A stretch of DNA of 64,000 bases from an uncultured Gammaproteobacteria bacterium (GTDB lineage: Bacteria; Pseudomonadota; Gammaproteobacteria; UBA9214): positions 1-64,000 of the forward strand of contig CAWHCQ010000013.1 in the NCBI GenBank assembly GCA_963827755.1, given 5' to 3'. Under the pieces are notes generated by a model that saw only the letters and a list, made by a program, of their open reading frames with translations, searched no databases and was not told the DNA's origin. Below are positions 30,984 through 40,356 of the stretch, in pieces. The translations under genes and the position numbers were made by a program. Positions within the stretch are counted from its first letter, which is position 1; the number at the start of each line of letters is the position of its first letter.

Positions 30984-31142
30984 GTGCGGCGTATCACCCT
31001 GGGTACGGCGCTGTTCCCGGGCGTGTTTCTGGCGGCAGGGTGCACCGGCCTGCCTGATGGCGTGACACCCGTATCCGGGTTTGACCTCAACCGCTACCTT
31101 GGCACATGGTACGAAATTGCCCGTCTCGATCACCGCTTTTGA
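30984..31142 (+). pseudogene. Truncated lipocalin (Blc) N-terminus
   Basis: LAAGCTGLPDGVTPVSGFDLNRYLGTWYEIARLDHRF then stop. Confidence 0.8.
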
Positions 31143-31214
31143 TTTACGTCAGCCATTAATAGCCGCGTCATGACCGATGCAAGGCATAACAGGCAGCTGG
31201 AGCAATCAAATACA

Positions 31215-31583
31215 ATGAAAAGTTTACTTGTGGTCGCGCATGGCAGTCGTCGCCAGGCTTCCAATCATGAAGTGCGTGAACTGGTCGTGCAGTTGCGCGC
31301 GCTTGATCACCGCTATGACCGGATTGAGTGTGCCTTTCTCGAGCTGGCCGAGCCGTCCATCCCCGATGGTCTGCGCGGGCTGATCGAATCCGGTTCCAGT
31401 GAGGTGGTATTGATGCCGTATTTCCTCTCCGCAGGCCGGCACGTGGTGGCGGATATACCGGGTGAAATCGAGATTGTGCGCAAGGAACACCCGGCGGTGA
31501 CCATTCACCTTGCACCCTACCTTGGCGCGGCACCCGGTATCGCAGATATGCTGTTGTCGCAGGCCAATTCAATCAGCGGCTGA
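31215..31583 (+). CDS. CbiX/SirB-type chelatase domain protein
   Basis: LVVAHGSRR, AFLELAEPSI, PYFLSAGRHVVADIP. Confidence 0.9.
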   Translation: MKSLLVVAHGSRRQASNHEVRELVVQLRALDHRYDRIECAFLELAEPSIPDGLRGLIESGSSEVVLMPYFLSAGRHVVADIPGEIEIVRKEHPAVTIHLAPYLGAAPGIADMLLSQANSISG

Positions 31584-31628
31584 AAGGGGGGGCGGATTTA
31601 TTTTCCCCCGTTCCATTACACTGTGTAG

Positions 31629-32081
31629 ATGGTTCGAAACCCCGCAGCCCCCGATGCTGGAATCCAGGATGCCTCTATAGAGACGCCGCTTGACGGCTAC
31701 GAGCTGGTTGATTTCGGCCACGGGCACAAGCTGGAGCGCGATATCGCGGTGATGTTCATGGTCGACATGAGCGGCTCCACCAAGGGCTGGATCAATGATG
31801 CCGGGCGCGAGTCGCTGGTGCTGCTGTGCGAATCACTGGAGACGCCGGGCGACCGTTATGCCATCTACGGTTTTTCCGGAATGACGCGCAAGCGCTGCGA
31901 GGTGTACCGCATCAAGCGCTTTGACGAGGACTACAGTGACACCGTGCGCGGACGGATCAGAGGTATCCAGCCAAAGGACTACCTGCCGCACATGTACGGG
32001 GCCGCCAATTACACGATGATCGATGAGGTGCGCAAACTGCCCCTGAAGGTATCGGATATCTACCGGCGCTTGACGACCTGA
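31629..32081 (+). pseudogene. Chimeric relic: methyltransferase-like N-terminal piece plus CbbO/NorD VWA C-terminus with an internal deletion
   Basis: YELVDFGHGHKLER joined to DIAVMFMVDMSGSTKGW (MIDAS DxSxS); PKDY runs straight into LPHMYG. Confidence 0.65.
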
Positions 32082-32088
32082 TCAAGAG

Positions 32089-32133
32089 ATGACATTTACC
32101 GGGTTACGCTATATCACTGCAGTGGCACAGGAG
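32089..32133 (+). pseudogene. OxyR/LysR N-terminal relic in frame with the persulfide dioxygenase
   Basis: MTFTGLRYITAVAQE resembles the OxyR start MT..ELRY.VAVA.E. Confidence 0.5.
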
Positions 32134-32142
32134 GCCCGCATC

Positions 32143-32895
32143 ATGATCTTTCGCCAGCTGTTTGAACCGGAGTCCAGTACCTATACCTATTTGCTCGCCG
32201 ACGGGACGACTGGGGAGGCCGTGCTGATCGACCCGACCGTGGAAACGGCCGAGTCGGATCTAACTGTTATCAATGAGCTGGGACTCAAACTTGTTTATAC
32301 ACTTGAGACTCACGTGCATGCGGATCACCTTACCGGCGCGCGCAAGCTGAAGCAGCTGGCCGGCTCGAGGATCGCGGGCCCGGCGATGGACCAGTTGCCG
32401 TGCACCGATGTCGGTGTCGAGGAGGGCACGCCGTTGATGATTGGCGACATCGCTCTGCACCCGCTGTTTACGCCGGGGCATACTTCAACGCACCACAGCT
32501 ACCTGCTGGAGCAGGGCGACAGCCGGCGTGTGTTTACCGGTGATGCCCTGTTGATCGACGGCTGCGGGCGGACCGACTTTCAAGGTGGTGATGCAGCGCG
32601 TCTCTATCATTCCATACACGACAAGTTGTTTTCATTGCCCGTCGATACGCTGGTCTACCCGGGGCATGATTATACGAACAGGCATGTGTCGACCATCGGC
32701 CAGGAAAGGGAGCGCAATGAACGACTCGGCGGTGGCAAAACCTTGCAGGAGTTTGTTGCAATCATGGACAGCCTGGATCTTGCCTATCCGAAGAAGATCG
32801 ATTTTGCAGTGCCCGGTAATGAACGCTGTGGTGAATGTCCGCCGAATATTCCAGAAGACATGCGCAGATTGTGTGACGTAACCCGGCAGGGTTAG
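32143..32895 (+). CDS. ETHE1-type persulfide dioxygenase (MBL fold)
   Basis: FRQLFEPESSTYTYLL, ETHVHADH, TPGHT, GDALLI.GCGRTDFQ, VYPGHDY, N..CG. Confidence 0.92.
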   Translation: MIFRQLFEPESSTYTYLLADGTTGEAVLIDPTVETAESDLTVINELGLKLVYTLETHVHADHLTGARKLKQLAGSRIAGPAMDQLPCTDVGVEEGTPLMIGDIALHPLFTPGHTSTHHSYLLEQGDSRRVFTGDALLIDGCGRTDFQGGDAARLYHSIHDKLFSLPVDTLVYPGHDYTNRHVSTIGQERERNERLGGGKTLQEFVAIMDSLDLAYPKKIDFAVPGNERCGECPPNIPEDMRRLCDVTRQG

Positions 32896-33247
32896 TTGCA
32901 TCAGGAAGTCAACCGATAACAGGAGAAGTAAAATGTTGGTTCGTGTGCCGGAGCGTATTCATTTACTGCACACGTCGTTCAAATATTACGCAAACGATCA
33001 TTCGTAATGCAGGAGCGCTTCTCAAGCGCGATTACTGCAAAAGCAGAACGCAGCAGTATCCTGCATTCGCCCCTCTCTATATCTGCAAACAAATACAGCC
33101 CGTCCCTCCCCGTGTGATCCCCTTGAAAATCGCCCGGCAACAGGCACGATCGTTCACCTGTGGTGTACACATATATTCACATTATTTATTAGTAAATTAT
33201 TATATAATCACAAACCTTGATAACTTCTGATTAACCGGGGATGAAAC

Positions 33248-33391
33248 ATGTACATCGATAGCCTGACGATCACAGCACTTGTTATTTTTGCCATCTTTTT
33301 TGGCGTGTTCGTCAAATATTGTATTCTGAATATTTGCGGCATGCCCAGTGAAAGGAGTACCCACGACACGACGGACCCGAAAGAATCCTGA
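33248..33391 (+). CDS. Putative 47-aa single-pass small membrane protein (below the ORF track cutoff)
   Basis: GGGGA RBS; MYIDSLTITALVIFAIFFGVFVKYCILNICGMP...; AT-rich upstream region. Confidence 0.5.
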   Translation: MYIDSLTITALVIFAIFFGVFVKYCILNICGMPSERSTHDTTDPKES

Positions 33392-33638
33392 CGGGGGAGA
33401 TTAACCGGTGAATCTTTCCCTTCAGCCCCGCTGCCGGGCTGGCCAGGCAGGGGTCTTCGGCGGATTTTTCACCGCGGCGAAGGCCGGGTCATGTCTGCCG
33501 CCTGGCTGAGTGATTGTTTAGCCGGCGGTTTTTTGCAGCGCGGCTGGCCGACTTGCGAAACCCCCGGGACACGGGCATTATCCCCAGCCCCTCAGCGGCC
33601 CCGGCGCCGTCTCGAGGCCGGGATTCGCAATATTAGAA

Positions 33639-33654
33639 ACACAATATATAGTGT
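33639..33654. promoter_or_regulatory. NrdR box
   Basis: ACACAATATATAGTGT matches the NrdR consensus. Confidence 0.85.
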
Positions 33655-33798
33655 TTCACTGTTATTCACTCCTGCACCATCCTGACCGCCTTCCATCGCT
33701 CTACAATGTTTGATAAGCAATTGATATTACTGATATATTATACCCACTATAAAATTATCTTGACAGGCCCGTCAGGGCCGCATAATCTTTCTACCCGG

Positions 33799-33814
33799 AC
33801 ACAACATGTAGTGT
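33799..33814. promoter_or_regulatory. NrdR box
   Basis: ACACAACATGTAGTGT upstream of nrdJ. Confidence 0.8.
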
Positions 33815-33917
33815 TTTTACTGACTGCAATTCGTCTTGATGCCGTGTCAGGCACCAGTGCAAGGCAAAAGTCCATTCCTGACAAGAACTTAAAGAGATAG
33901 GGGGGAGATCATAGCGT

Positions 33918-36071
33918 ATGACCACAACCGCGCACCTTGAAGCAGTACCCGTCGGTGTTGCAACCATTCCATTGCAACCGGCCTCGCAGGATATCTGGGA
34001 AAAGAAATACCGTCTGAAGGCAAAAGACGGCACACCGGTTGACGAGACCATCGACGGCACCTACCAGCGCGTCGCACGTGCGCTTGCCGATGTCGAGACG
34101 ACGCCGGCACTGCGCGAGACCTGGTACCGGGATTTTCTCTGGGCACTGCGCCATGGCGCCATCCCGGCCGGGCGGATCACCTCCAATGCCGGTGCCCGGG
34201 AACACAAGCCGGCGACCTCAACCATAAATTGCACGGTATCGGGTATCGTCGAGGACTCGATGGATAATATCCTCGACAAGGTGCACGAGGCCGGCCTGAC
34301 CCTGAAGGCAGGTTGCGGTATCGGTTACGAGTTTTCCACCCTGCGACCGAAAGGCGCCTATGTCACCGGGGCCGGTGCCTATACCTCCGGCCCGCTGTCC
34401 TTCATGGATATCTACGACAAGATGTGTTTCACCGTGTCCTCGGCCGGCGGCCGGCGCGGCGCACAGATGGCAACCTTCGACGTCGGTCACCCGGATGTGA
34501 TGGATTTTATCCGCGCCAAGCGCGAAGACGGCCGCCTGCGGCAGTTCAACCTGTCCCTGCTGGTGACCACGGAATTCATCGATGCGGTCAGGAATGATGC
34601 GGACTGGAAACTGGCATTTCCAATCAGTCGCAAGGAGCTTGACGAGGGCCTTGACCTGAATGACACCGACAAGGTGATCTGGCGCGAATGGCCCTACAAG
34701 GGCAGTTATGTGACCAATAATGCCGGCCTGGTTGCATGCACTGTTTGTAAGGTGATCAAGGCGCGACACTTGTGGGACATGATCATGAGTTCGACCTATG
34801 ATTTTGCCGAGCCGGGGTTCATCCTCATCGACAAGGTCAACGAGATGAACAATAACTGGTTCTGCGAGAATATCCGTGCCACCAATCCCTGCGGCGAGCA
34901 GCCCCTGCCACCGTATGGTTCCTGCCTGCTCGGTTCGGTGAACCTGACCAAGTTTGTGCGCAACCCGTTTACCGACAAGGCCGGATTTGACTGGGACGAA
35001 TTCCGCAAGGTCGTGGCCGTGTTTACCCGGATGCTGGATAACGTGGTTGAGATCAACGGCCTGCCGCTGGAAGGCCAGCGTGATGAAATTATGCGCAAGC
35101 GCCGCCACGGCATGGGTTTCCTCGGCCTCGGTTCGACGGTCACCATGTTGCGCATGAAATACGGTGAGAAGGACTCGGTTGCATTTACCGAGCGCGTCAG
35201 CCGCGAGCTGGCGCTGACCGGCTGGCGAGTGGCGCTGGATCTGGCAAAGGAAAAAGGCCCGGCCCCGATCATGGAGGAAGACTTCGAAGTTACCGAGGAG
35301 TTGCTGCGCAAGCGCCCCGAGCTGCGCCGCGACGGTTATGTGTCGGGCGACAGCGTAAAAGGCAAGATTCTGCATACCCGCTACAGCCGTTACATGCAGC
35401 AGATTGCTGCAGCAAATCCCGAGCTTGCCGGTGAACTGGAAGAGGTCGGTGCGCGCTTCACGCACCACACCTCGATTGCACCGACCGGTACGATTTCGCT
35501 GTCGCTGGCCAACAATGCCAGCAACGGTATCGAGCCGAGCTTTGCGCACCACTATTTCCGTAACGTGATTCGGGAAAACCGCAAGACCAAGGAAAAGGTG
35601 GACGTGTTTTCGTTTGAACTGCTGGCCTACCGTGAACTTGTGAATCAGGATGCCACTGCCAGCATGGAAGGTGAGGGCGATGTGTTGCCGGATTATTTTA
35701 TTGCAGCCGATCAGGTCACGCCGAAGCAGCATGTGGATATACAGGCGGCCGCGCAGAAGTGGGTGGATTCCTCCATTTCCAAGACCGCCAACGTACCCAC
35801 GGATTATCCCTTTGAGGAATTCAAGGATATTTACCTGTATGCCTATGACCAGGGGCTGAAAGGCTGTACGACCTTCCGCTTCAATCCTGAGGCCTTCCAG
35901 GGTGTGCTGGTGAAAGAAAAGGACCTGGAAAATACGCTCTACGAGTTCACGCTGGATGATGGTTCAAAGGTAAGCCTGAAGGGGAATGAAGAGGTCGAAT
36001 ACGATGGCGAGACGCATACCGCCGCGAACCTTTATGATGCCCTGAAGGAAGGCTATTACGGCAAGTTCTGA
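33918..36071 (+). CDS. nrdJ: Adenosylcobalamin-dependent class II ribonucleotide reductase, NrdJa
   Basis: PAGRI..NAG, STINC, GGRRGAQM, ATNPCGEQ, SIAPTGTIS, SSISKTAN, GLKGCTTFR. Confidence 0.96.
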   Translation: MTTTAHLEAVPVGVATIPLQPASQDIWEKKYRLKAKDGTPVDETIDGTYQRVARALADVETTPALRETWYRDFLWALRHGAIPAGRITSNAGAREHKPATSTINCTVSGIVEDSMDNILDKVHEAGLTLKAGCGIGYEFSTLRPKGAYVTGAGAYTSGPLSFMDIYDKMCFTVSSAGGRRGAQMATFDVGHPDVMDFIRAKREDGRLRQFNLSLLVTTEFIDAVRNDADWKLAFPISRKELDEGLDLNDTDKVIWREWPYKGSYVTNNAGLVACTVCKVIKARHLWDMIMSSTYDFAEPGFILIDKVNEMNNNWFCENIRATNPCGEQPLPPYGSCLLGSVNLTKFVRNPFTDKAGFDWDEFRKVVAVFTRMLDNVVEINGLPLEGQRDEIMRKRRHGMGFLGLGSTVTMLRMKYGEKDSVAFTERVSRELALTGWRVALDLAKEKGPAPIMEEDFEVTEELLRKRPELRRDGYVSGDSVKGKILHTRYSRYMQQIAAANPELAGELEEVGARFTHHTSIAPTGTISLSLANNASNGIEPSFAHHYFRNVIRENRKTKEKVDVFSFELLAYRELVNQDATASMEGEGDVLPDYFIAADQVTPKQHVDIQAAAQKWVDSSISKTANVPTDYPFEEFKDIYLYAYDQGLKGCTTFRFNPEAFQGVLVKEKDLENTLYEFTLDDGSKVSLKGNEEVEYDGETHTAANLYDALKEGYYGKF

Positions 36072-36102
36072 TCTGTCGCTGAATGATACGCAGGAGTAAA
36101 TT

Positions 36103-36813
36103 ATGGCAATACGTATAGAACGCAAGATTGTTGATTACGCAGTAGGCGGCGCTGACAAGCCTGAGGAAGAACAGCAGGCGCCGGCAGCTGTCATTGAGGA
36201 GTCGCAGCCGCAGGATAACGTCGTGCAGCTGCATGAGAAGCTGGAACGCCCGGAAATGCTGATTGGCTCGACCTACAAGGTGAAGACGCCGCTGTCAGAG
36301 CATGCCCTGTATGTCACGATCAACGACATTATTCTCAACCACGGCACGGACTATGAGCTGCGGCGGCCGTTCGAGATTTTTATCAACTCCAAGAACATGG
36401 ATCACTTTCAGTGGATCGTGGCATTGACGCGGATTATTTCTGCCGTCTTCAGGAAGGGCGGTGACGTGACCTTCCTGGTCGAAGAGCTGCGTTCGGTATT
36501 TGATCCACGCGGCGGATACTTCAAGAAGGGCGGTAAATACATGCCGTCACTGGTGGGCGAAATCGGTGATGCGATCGAGTGTCACATGCGCATGATAGGC
36601 CTGTTGAAGGATGACGGCCTGGATGAACACAGCAAGAAGATCCTTGCGGAGAAGCGCGCCCAGTTCGAGGCGGCTACCTCGAGCATGAAAAGCAAGGATG
36701 AAGGTGGCTTTCCCGACGGTGCGCAATTGTGCTTCAAGTGCAACACCAAGGCGGCGATCCAGATGGACGGTTGTCTGACCTGCCTCAATTGTGGCGAGTC
36801 AAAGTGTGGCTAA
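36103..36813 (+). CDS. NrdJb subunit of the split class II RNR
   Basis: RPEMLIGSTYKVKTP, RPFEIFINSK, C-terminal CFKC..DGCLTCLNCG.SKCG. Confidence 0.93.
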   Translation: MAIRIERKIVDYAVGGADKPEEEQQAPAAVIEESQPQDNVVQLHEKLERPEMLIGSTYKVKTPLSEHALYVTINDIILNHGTDYELRRPFEIFINSKNMDHFQWIVALTRIISAVFRKGGDVTFLVEELRSVFDPRGGYFKKGGKYMPSLVGEIGDAIECHMRMIGLLKDDGLDEHSKKILAEKRAQFEAATSSMKSKDEGGFPDGAQLCFKCNTKAAIQMDGCLTCLNCGESKCG

Positions 36814-36966
36814 GTGATTGATTTATTGAATTTGGTACCTTAGTCCCATTGATTGCCCCGGTTTTTTGGCGCAACATTGGTCAAGACCTGTAAATAAGCA
36901 GAGTCGAGTAAAGGCAATAACAATAACAGCGCACTGGCGGGCAATGATCCCGATGCAGGAGGAAAC

Positions 36967-37194
36967 ATGTTTTTACAGCAGAAGCCAATACCGGGTTACT
37001 GGTACAGCAATCTTTCCGGTCAGCTGATCCAGGTACGTGCACTGGTTTATCTGGCAGGGAAGCGCAGTCGTATCGTGCTCGAGGATATCAGCGGCAAGCG
37101 TGAGTCGGTGGATTATGAGAACTGGCACGGGATGGATATGGTGTTGCATTCCCCGGTGCTGGAGCAGCAAAAGGACGTTGCCCGCGATCTCTGA
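36967..37194 (+). CDS. Small hypothetical protein, possibly a distant DUF6763 relative
   Basis: AGGAGG RBS; P.PGYWY...G..IQV. Confidence 0.65.
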   Translation: MFLQQKPIPGYWYSNLSGQLIQVRALVYLAGKRSRIVLEDISGKRESVDYENWHGMDMVLHSPVLEQQKDVARDL

Positions 37195-37683
37195 AGGATG
37201 TCCGGCGTTATAAAGATGCAGGCGCACTTCGCGCCCGCATTGATCCGTCTGTATGATCCCCTCTCATTTCTGGCAGCAACCTGCAATGGTTGAACCTGCC
37301 GTGATGCCCCCCGTCTGAACGTATTAACAGTGCAGGAGCGGATCTCATCCGCAATGATTCTCGGTAAAGACCTGCGTCTGGTGTTACAAGCCCGTCCAAC
37401 CCGTTGCCTTCACAGCCAGTAAAACAGCGATCAGCGCCCGCGGTTTGAAACTGTGTAGAAAGCCCGCTTCTCCCGGCCATGGGTCATGGCCAGAACCGGA
37501 ACTCCAGTCACAACATGCCGGAAAAAAAGAAATTACACCATTTCGGGCCTATGGTATCGGGGTTGATTTCATGACAGGATAACACTGGCCGCAGGCGCGG
37601 TAGCGCGGCAGGTAGTGGCGCAGGAAAGCGCTGGCCAGGGCTGGCGCGCATACGGTCGCATAGACAACACCAATTGACAGGAT

Positions 37684-39462
37684 ATGTATTTAAAGCATTT
37701 TAATCTGAGCGAACGGCCGTTCTCGATTACGCCCGATCCACGTTTTTTATATATGAGCGTGCGCCACAAGGAGGCGCTTGCGCACCTGCTCTATGGCATG
37801 GGTGATGGCGGCGGGTTTGTCCAGTTGACCGGTGAGGTGGGTACCGGCAAGACAACCATCTGCCGCTGCTTACTGGAACAGGTGCCGGAGAATGTTGACC
37901 TTGCCGTGGTGCTCAATCCCAAGGTCACTGCAATCGAGTTGATTGCCACGATATGCGACGAACTGGGAATTGACTATTTGCCTGGATACAGCATCAAGGG
38001 ATTAATCGACGTTCTCAATATTTACCTGCTGGGAGCACACAAGCGCGGTCGGCGCACGGTGCTGATTATTGACGAGGCACAGAACCTGAGTGTCGATGTG
38101 CTGGAGCAGGTGCGCCTGCTGACGAACCTCGAAACATCGACGCAGAAACTCCTGCAGATCGTGCTTATCGGGCAGCCTGAATTGCGCAGCCTGCTGGCGA
38201 GTAACGAGATGCGGCAGCTGTCCCAGCGTATTACCGCGCGTTATCACCTCGATCCCATTACCCGTAATGAGACGGAGGCCTATATAAAACACAGGCTGCA
38301 GATATGCGGCAATTCCCGGGACATTTTCTCGCGTCGTGCGATTAACAGGATTCAGAAACTCTCGGGCGGTATCCCGCGGCTGATCAATGTCCTCTGTGAT
38401 CGCGCCATGCTGGGTGCCTATGTCGAAGGCAAGACGCAGGTTGACCGGAAGGTGCTGAAGAAAGCGGCCAGGGAAGTACTCAACGAGGAACAACCCGCCA
38501 ATGCCAGCAAGCGGATGCCATGGCAACTTGCGGTTCTGACAGCGGTACTGGCACTGGGCGTGCTGTTTATTTATAAATCTTTTCAGCCTGCCGGTACCCG
38601 GATTGCAGAGCCTGTTGCGCTGGCGGGTGGAGAACTGGCAGTCACCCCGGTTCATGCACCGGAACCTGTGCCTGCCGGGCCCGTACTCGCCGAATCCGTG
38701 CCTGTGCAGCCCGCGCCTGTGCAGCCTGCACCTGTGGTGCCAACACCGTGGTGCCGCACCCCTGAACCTGCACCTGGATCGATGGATGACACTTCGCAAG
38801 CGTTTGCCATCGATGAAATAGATGATGTTGTGTCCAGAGCGCTGGCCAAGCTGTTGATGATGGCTGGCGATTCCTACGAAAGGACCGCCTGGACCGAACT
38901 GTTTGCACTCTGGTCGGTTAAGTTACCCGTGGATGCCAATCTTGATTACTGTGAGTTTGCAAAACAATACGGCTTGTGGTGTTTGCGCGAGCAGGGTAAC
39001 TGGAACACATTGCGTCAGTATGATCGCCCGGTAATCCTCAGCCTGGTTGCTGCTGATGCTCGCCGTGTCCCGGTGGTCTTGCAGCGTCTTGAAGACGGAG
39101 TTGCAGAGTTGTTTATCGGGGCCGAGCTCTACCGCCTGAAGGTCGGGCAGGTAGACCGTTTCTGGTATGGCGACTATTCCCTGGTGATGCAGATGCCGCC
39201 GGGAGGGAAGCTCTATCTGAGGGCGGGTAGCCAGCACGAGGATGTCCAGTGGCTGCGCAAACGGCTCGAGCTGGCCCTGGATGTCAAGATACCTGCCGAT
39301 AACCCGCTGTTATTCGACCAGGTCCTGAAATGGCATTTGCTGGATTTTCAGAAAAGCCGCGGGCTGGTAGCCGACGGGGTGATGGGTAAAAATACGGTTA
39401 TTCAACTCAACTCGCTGTCCAGCCCGGCGGATATACCGCGTCTGTCGGCAGGGCAATCCTGA
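37684..39462 (+). CDS. exeA: ExeA/GspA AAA ATPase with TM and peptidoglycan-binding domain
   Basis: PFSITPDPRFLY, GEVGTGKTT, IIDEAQNL, GIPRLINVLCDRA, FQKSRGLVADGVMG. Confidence 0.92.
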   Translation: MYLKHFNLSERPFSITPDPRFLYMSVRHKEALAHLLYGMGDGGGFVQLTGEVGTGKTTICRCLLEQVPENVDLAVVLNPKVTAIELIATICDELGIDYLPGYSIKGLIDVLNIYLLGAHKRGRRTVLIIDEAQNLSVDVLEQVRLLTNLETSTQKLLQIVLIGQPELRSLLASNEMRQLSQRITARYHLDPITRNETEAYIKHRLQICGNSRDIFSRRAINRIQKLSGGIPRLINVLCDRAMLGAYVEGKTQVDRKVLKKAAREVLNEEQPANASKRMPWQLAVLTAVLALGVLFIYKSFQPAGTRIAEPVALAGGELAVTPVHAPEPVPAGPVLAESVPVQPAPVQPAPVVPTPWCRTPEPAPGSMDDTSQAFAIDEIDDVVSRALAKLLMMAGDSYERTAWTELFALWSVKLPVDANLDYCEFAKQYGLWCLREQGNWNTLRQYDRPVILSLVAADARRVPVVLQRLEDGVAELFIGAELYRLKVGQVDRFWYGDYSLVMQMPPGGKLYLRAGSQHEDVQWLRKRLELALDVKIPADNPLLFDQVLKWHLLDFQKSRGLVADGVMGKNTVIQLNSLSSPADIPRLSAGQS

Positions 39463-39473
39463 GTTGTTCTCCT

Positions 39474-40184
39474 ATGTCATATATTCTTGATGCACTGAAA
39501 AAGGCAGACCACGAACGCAGCGTTGGTGAGGTGCCTGATCTGGATGCGCCGCACTGGAGTCAGCGCCGTGGTGGCCCGGTGCGGATCTGGGTGTGGGTGG
39601 TCATCGGCTTGCTGGTTGTTAATGGTGCTTTACTTGGAGTGCTGTTTAACCGGGATGATCGCAGTGATAGTCAGCCTGGTATAGCCACTCAGATGCCGGA
39701 GCCGGTGCAAGGCATGCCAAAAAACGCACCGACGTATCCACCGCAGGAGCAGCAACACAGTACCATCACGAAGCTGCAACAGCCGGATAGTTTGCCACTT
39801 AAGCCGCTGGTACGGCCAGAGCGCAATGCCATGATCAGGCCGCGCCAGGCCGTGCCACCGGTGGAAGAAAGTTCGCGGGAGAGCAAGCCCGCAGCGGTTG
39901 CTGATAGCATGAGTGCCGCGCCGGTTGCAGCCAAACCCGTTAAGGCCAGCGTCACCGAAATCCCGGAATGGAATGAACTGTCGCTGGAGTTCAGGAGTGG
40001 TTTTAACCCGCCACGCCTGGATGTGCACGTCTATGATGAGGAGCCATCCCGGCGTTTTATCCTGGTCGAGCTACAGAGATATGCTGAAGGTGACACGCTG
40101 GACGGCGGTGCAAAACTCGAAAAAATCATGCCTGGAAGTATCCAGTTGTACTACCAGGGAACCCGCTTCCGTATCGACCGCTAG
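39474..40184 (+). CDS. exeB: ExeB/GspB
   Basis: MSYILDALKKA, TM, Pro-rich linker, DVHVY...P.RRF. Confidence 0.9.
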   Translation: MSYILDALKKADHERSVGEVPDLDAPHWSQRRGGPVRIWVWVVIGLLVVNGALLGVLFNRDDRSDSQPGIATQMPEPVQGMPKNAPTYPPQEQQHSTITKLQQPDSLPLKPLVRPERNAMIRPRQAVPPVEESSRESKPAAVADSMSAAPVAAKPVKASVTEIPEWNELSLEFRSGFNPPRLDVHVYDEEPSRRFILVELQRYAEGDTLDGGAKLEKIMPGSIQLYYQGTRFRIDR

Positions 40185-40349
40185 GAGCCTGTCGGACTTG
40201 GGACTGATCTACTGCGCCGGCGGGACAACGGCCCATTTTTCCGATCCTCCTCGTCAAATAGCTACGGCTATTCTCCTCGAACGATCGAAAAAATGACCTC
40301 GTTCTCCCACCCGGCTCGCTACGATCGCCCAAGTCCGACAGGCTCCTAG
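40181..40349. mobile_element. MITE-like element with perfect terminal inverted repeats bounded by CTAG
   Basis: ctaggagcctgtcggacttggg ... cccaagtccgacaggctcctag (22 bp); no ORF; 169 bp. Confidence 0.85.
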
Positions 40350-40356
40350 GTGCCTG

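Noticed and set aside
32933-33007. 24-aa ORF with AGGAG RBS after the persulfide dioxygenase
   Set aside because: Too short, no features, and runs into a REP-like sequence
34218-35732. Long antisense ORFs (504 aa here; also 1441..2301, 27062..28102, 53092..53943)
   Set aside because: Shadows of GC-rich genes on the opposite strand with no recognisable motifs
37200-37680. Cobalamin riboswitch near nrdJ
   Set aside because: No B12-box core on either strand; lies downstream of nrdJ; contains a REP copy
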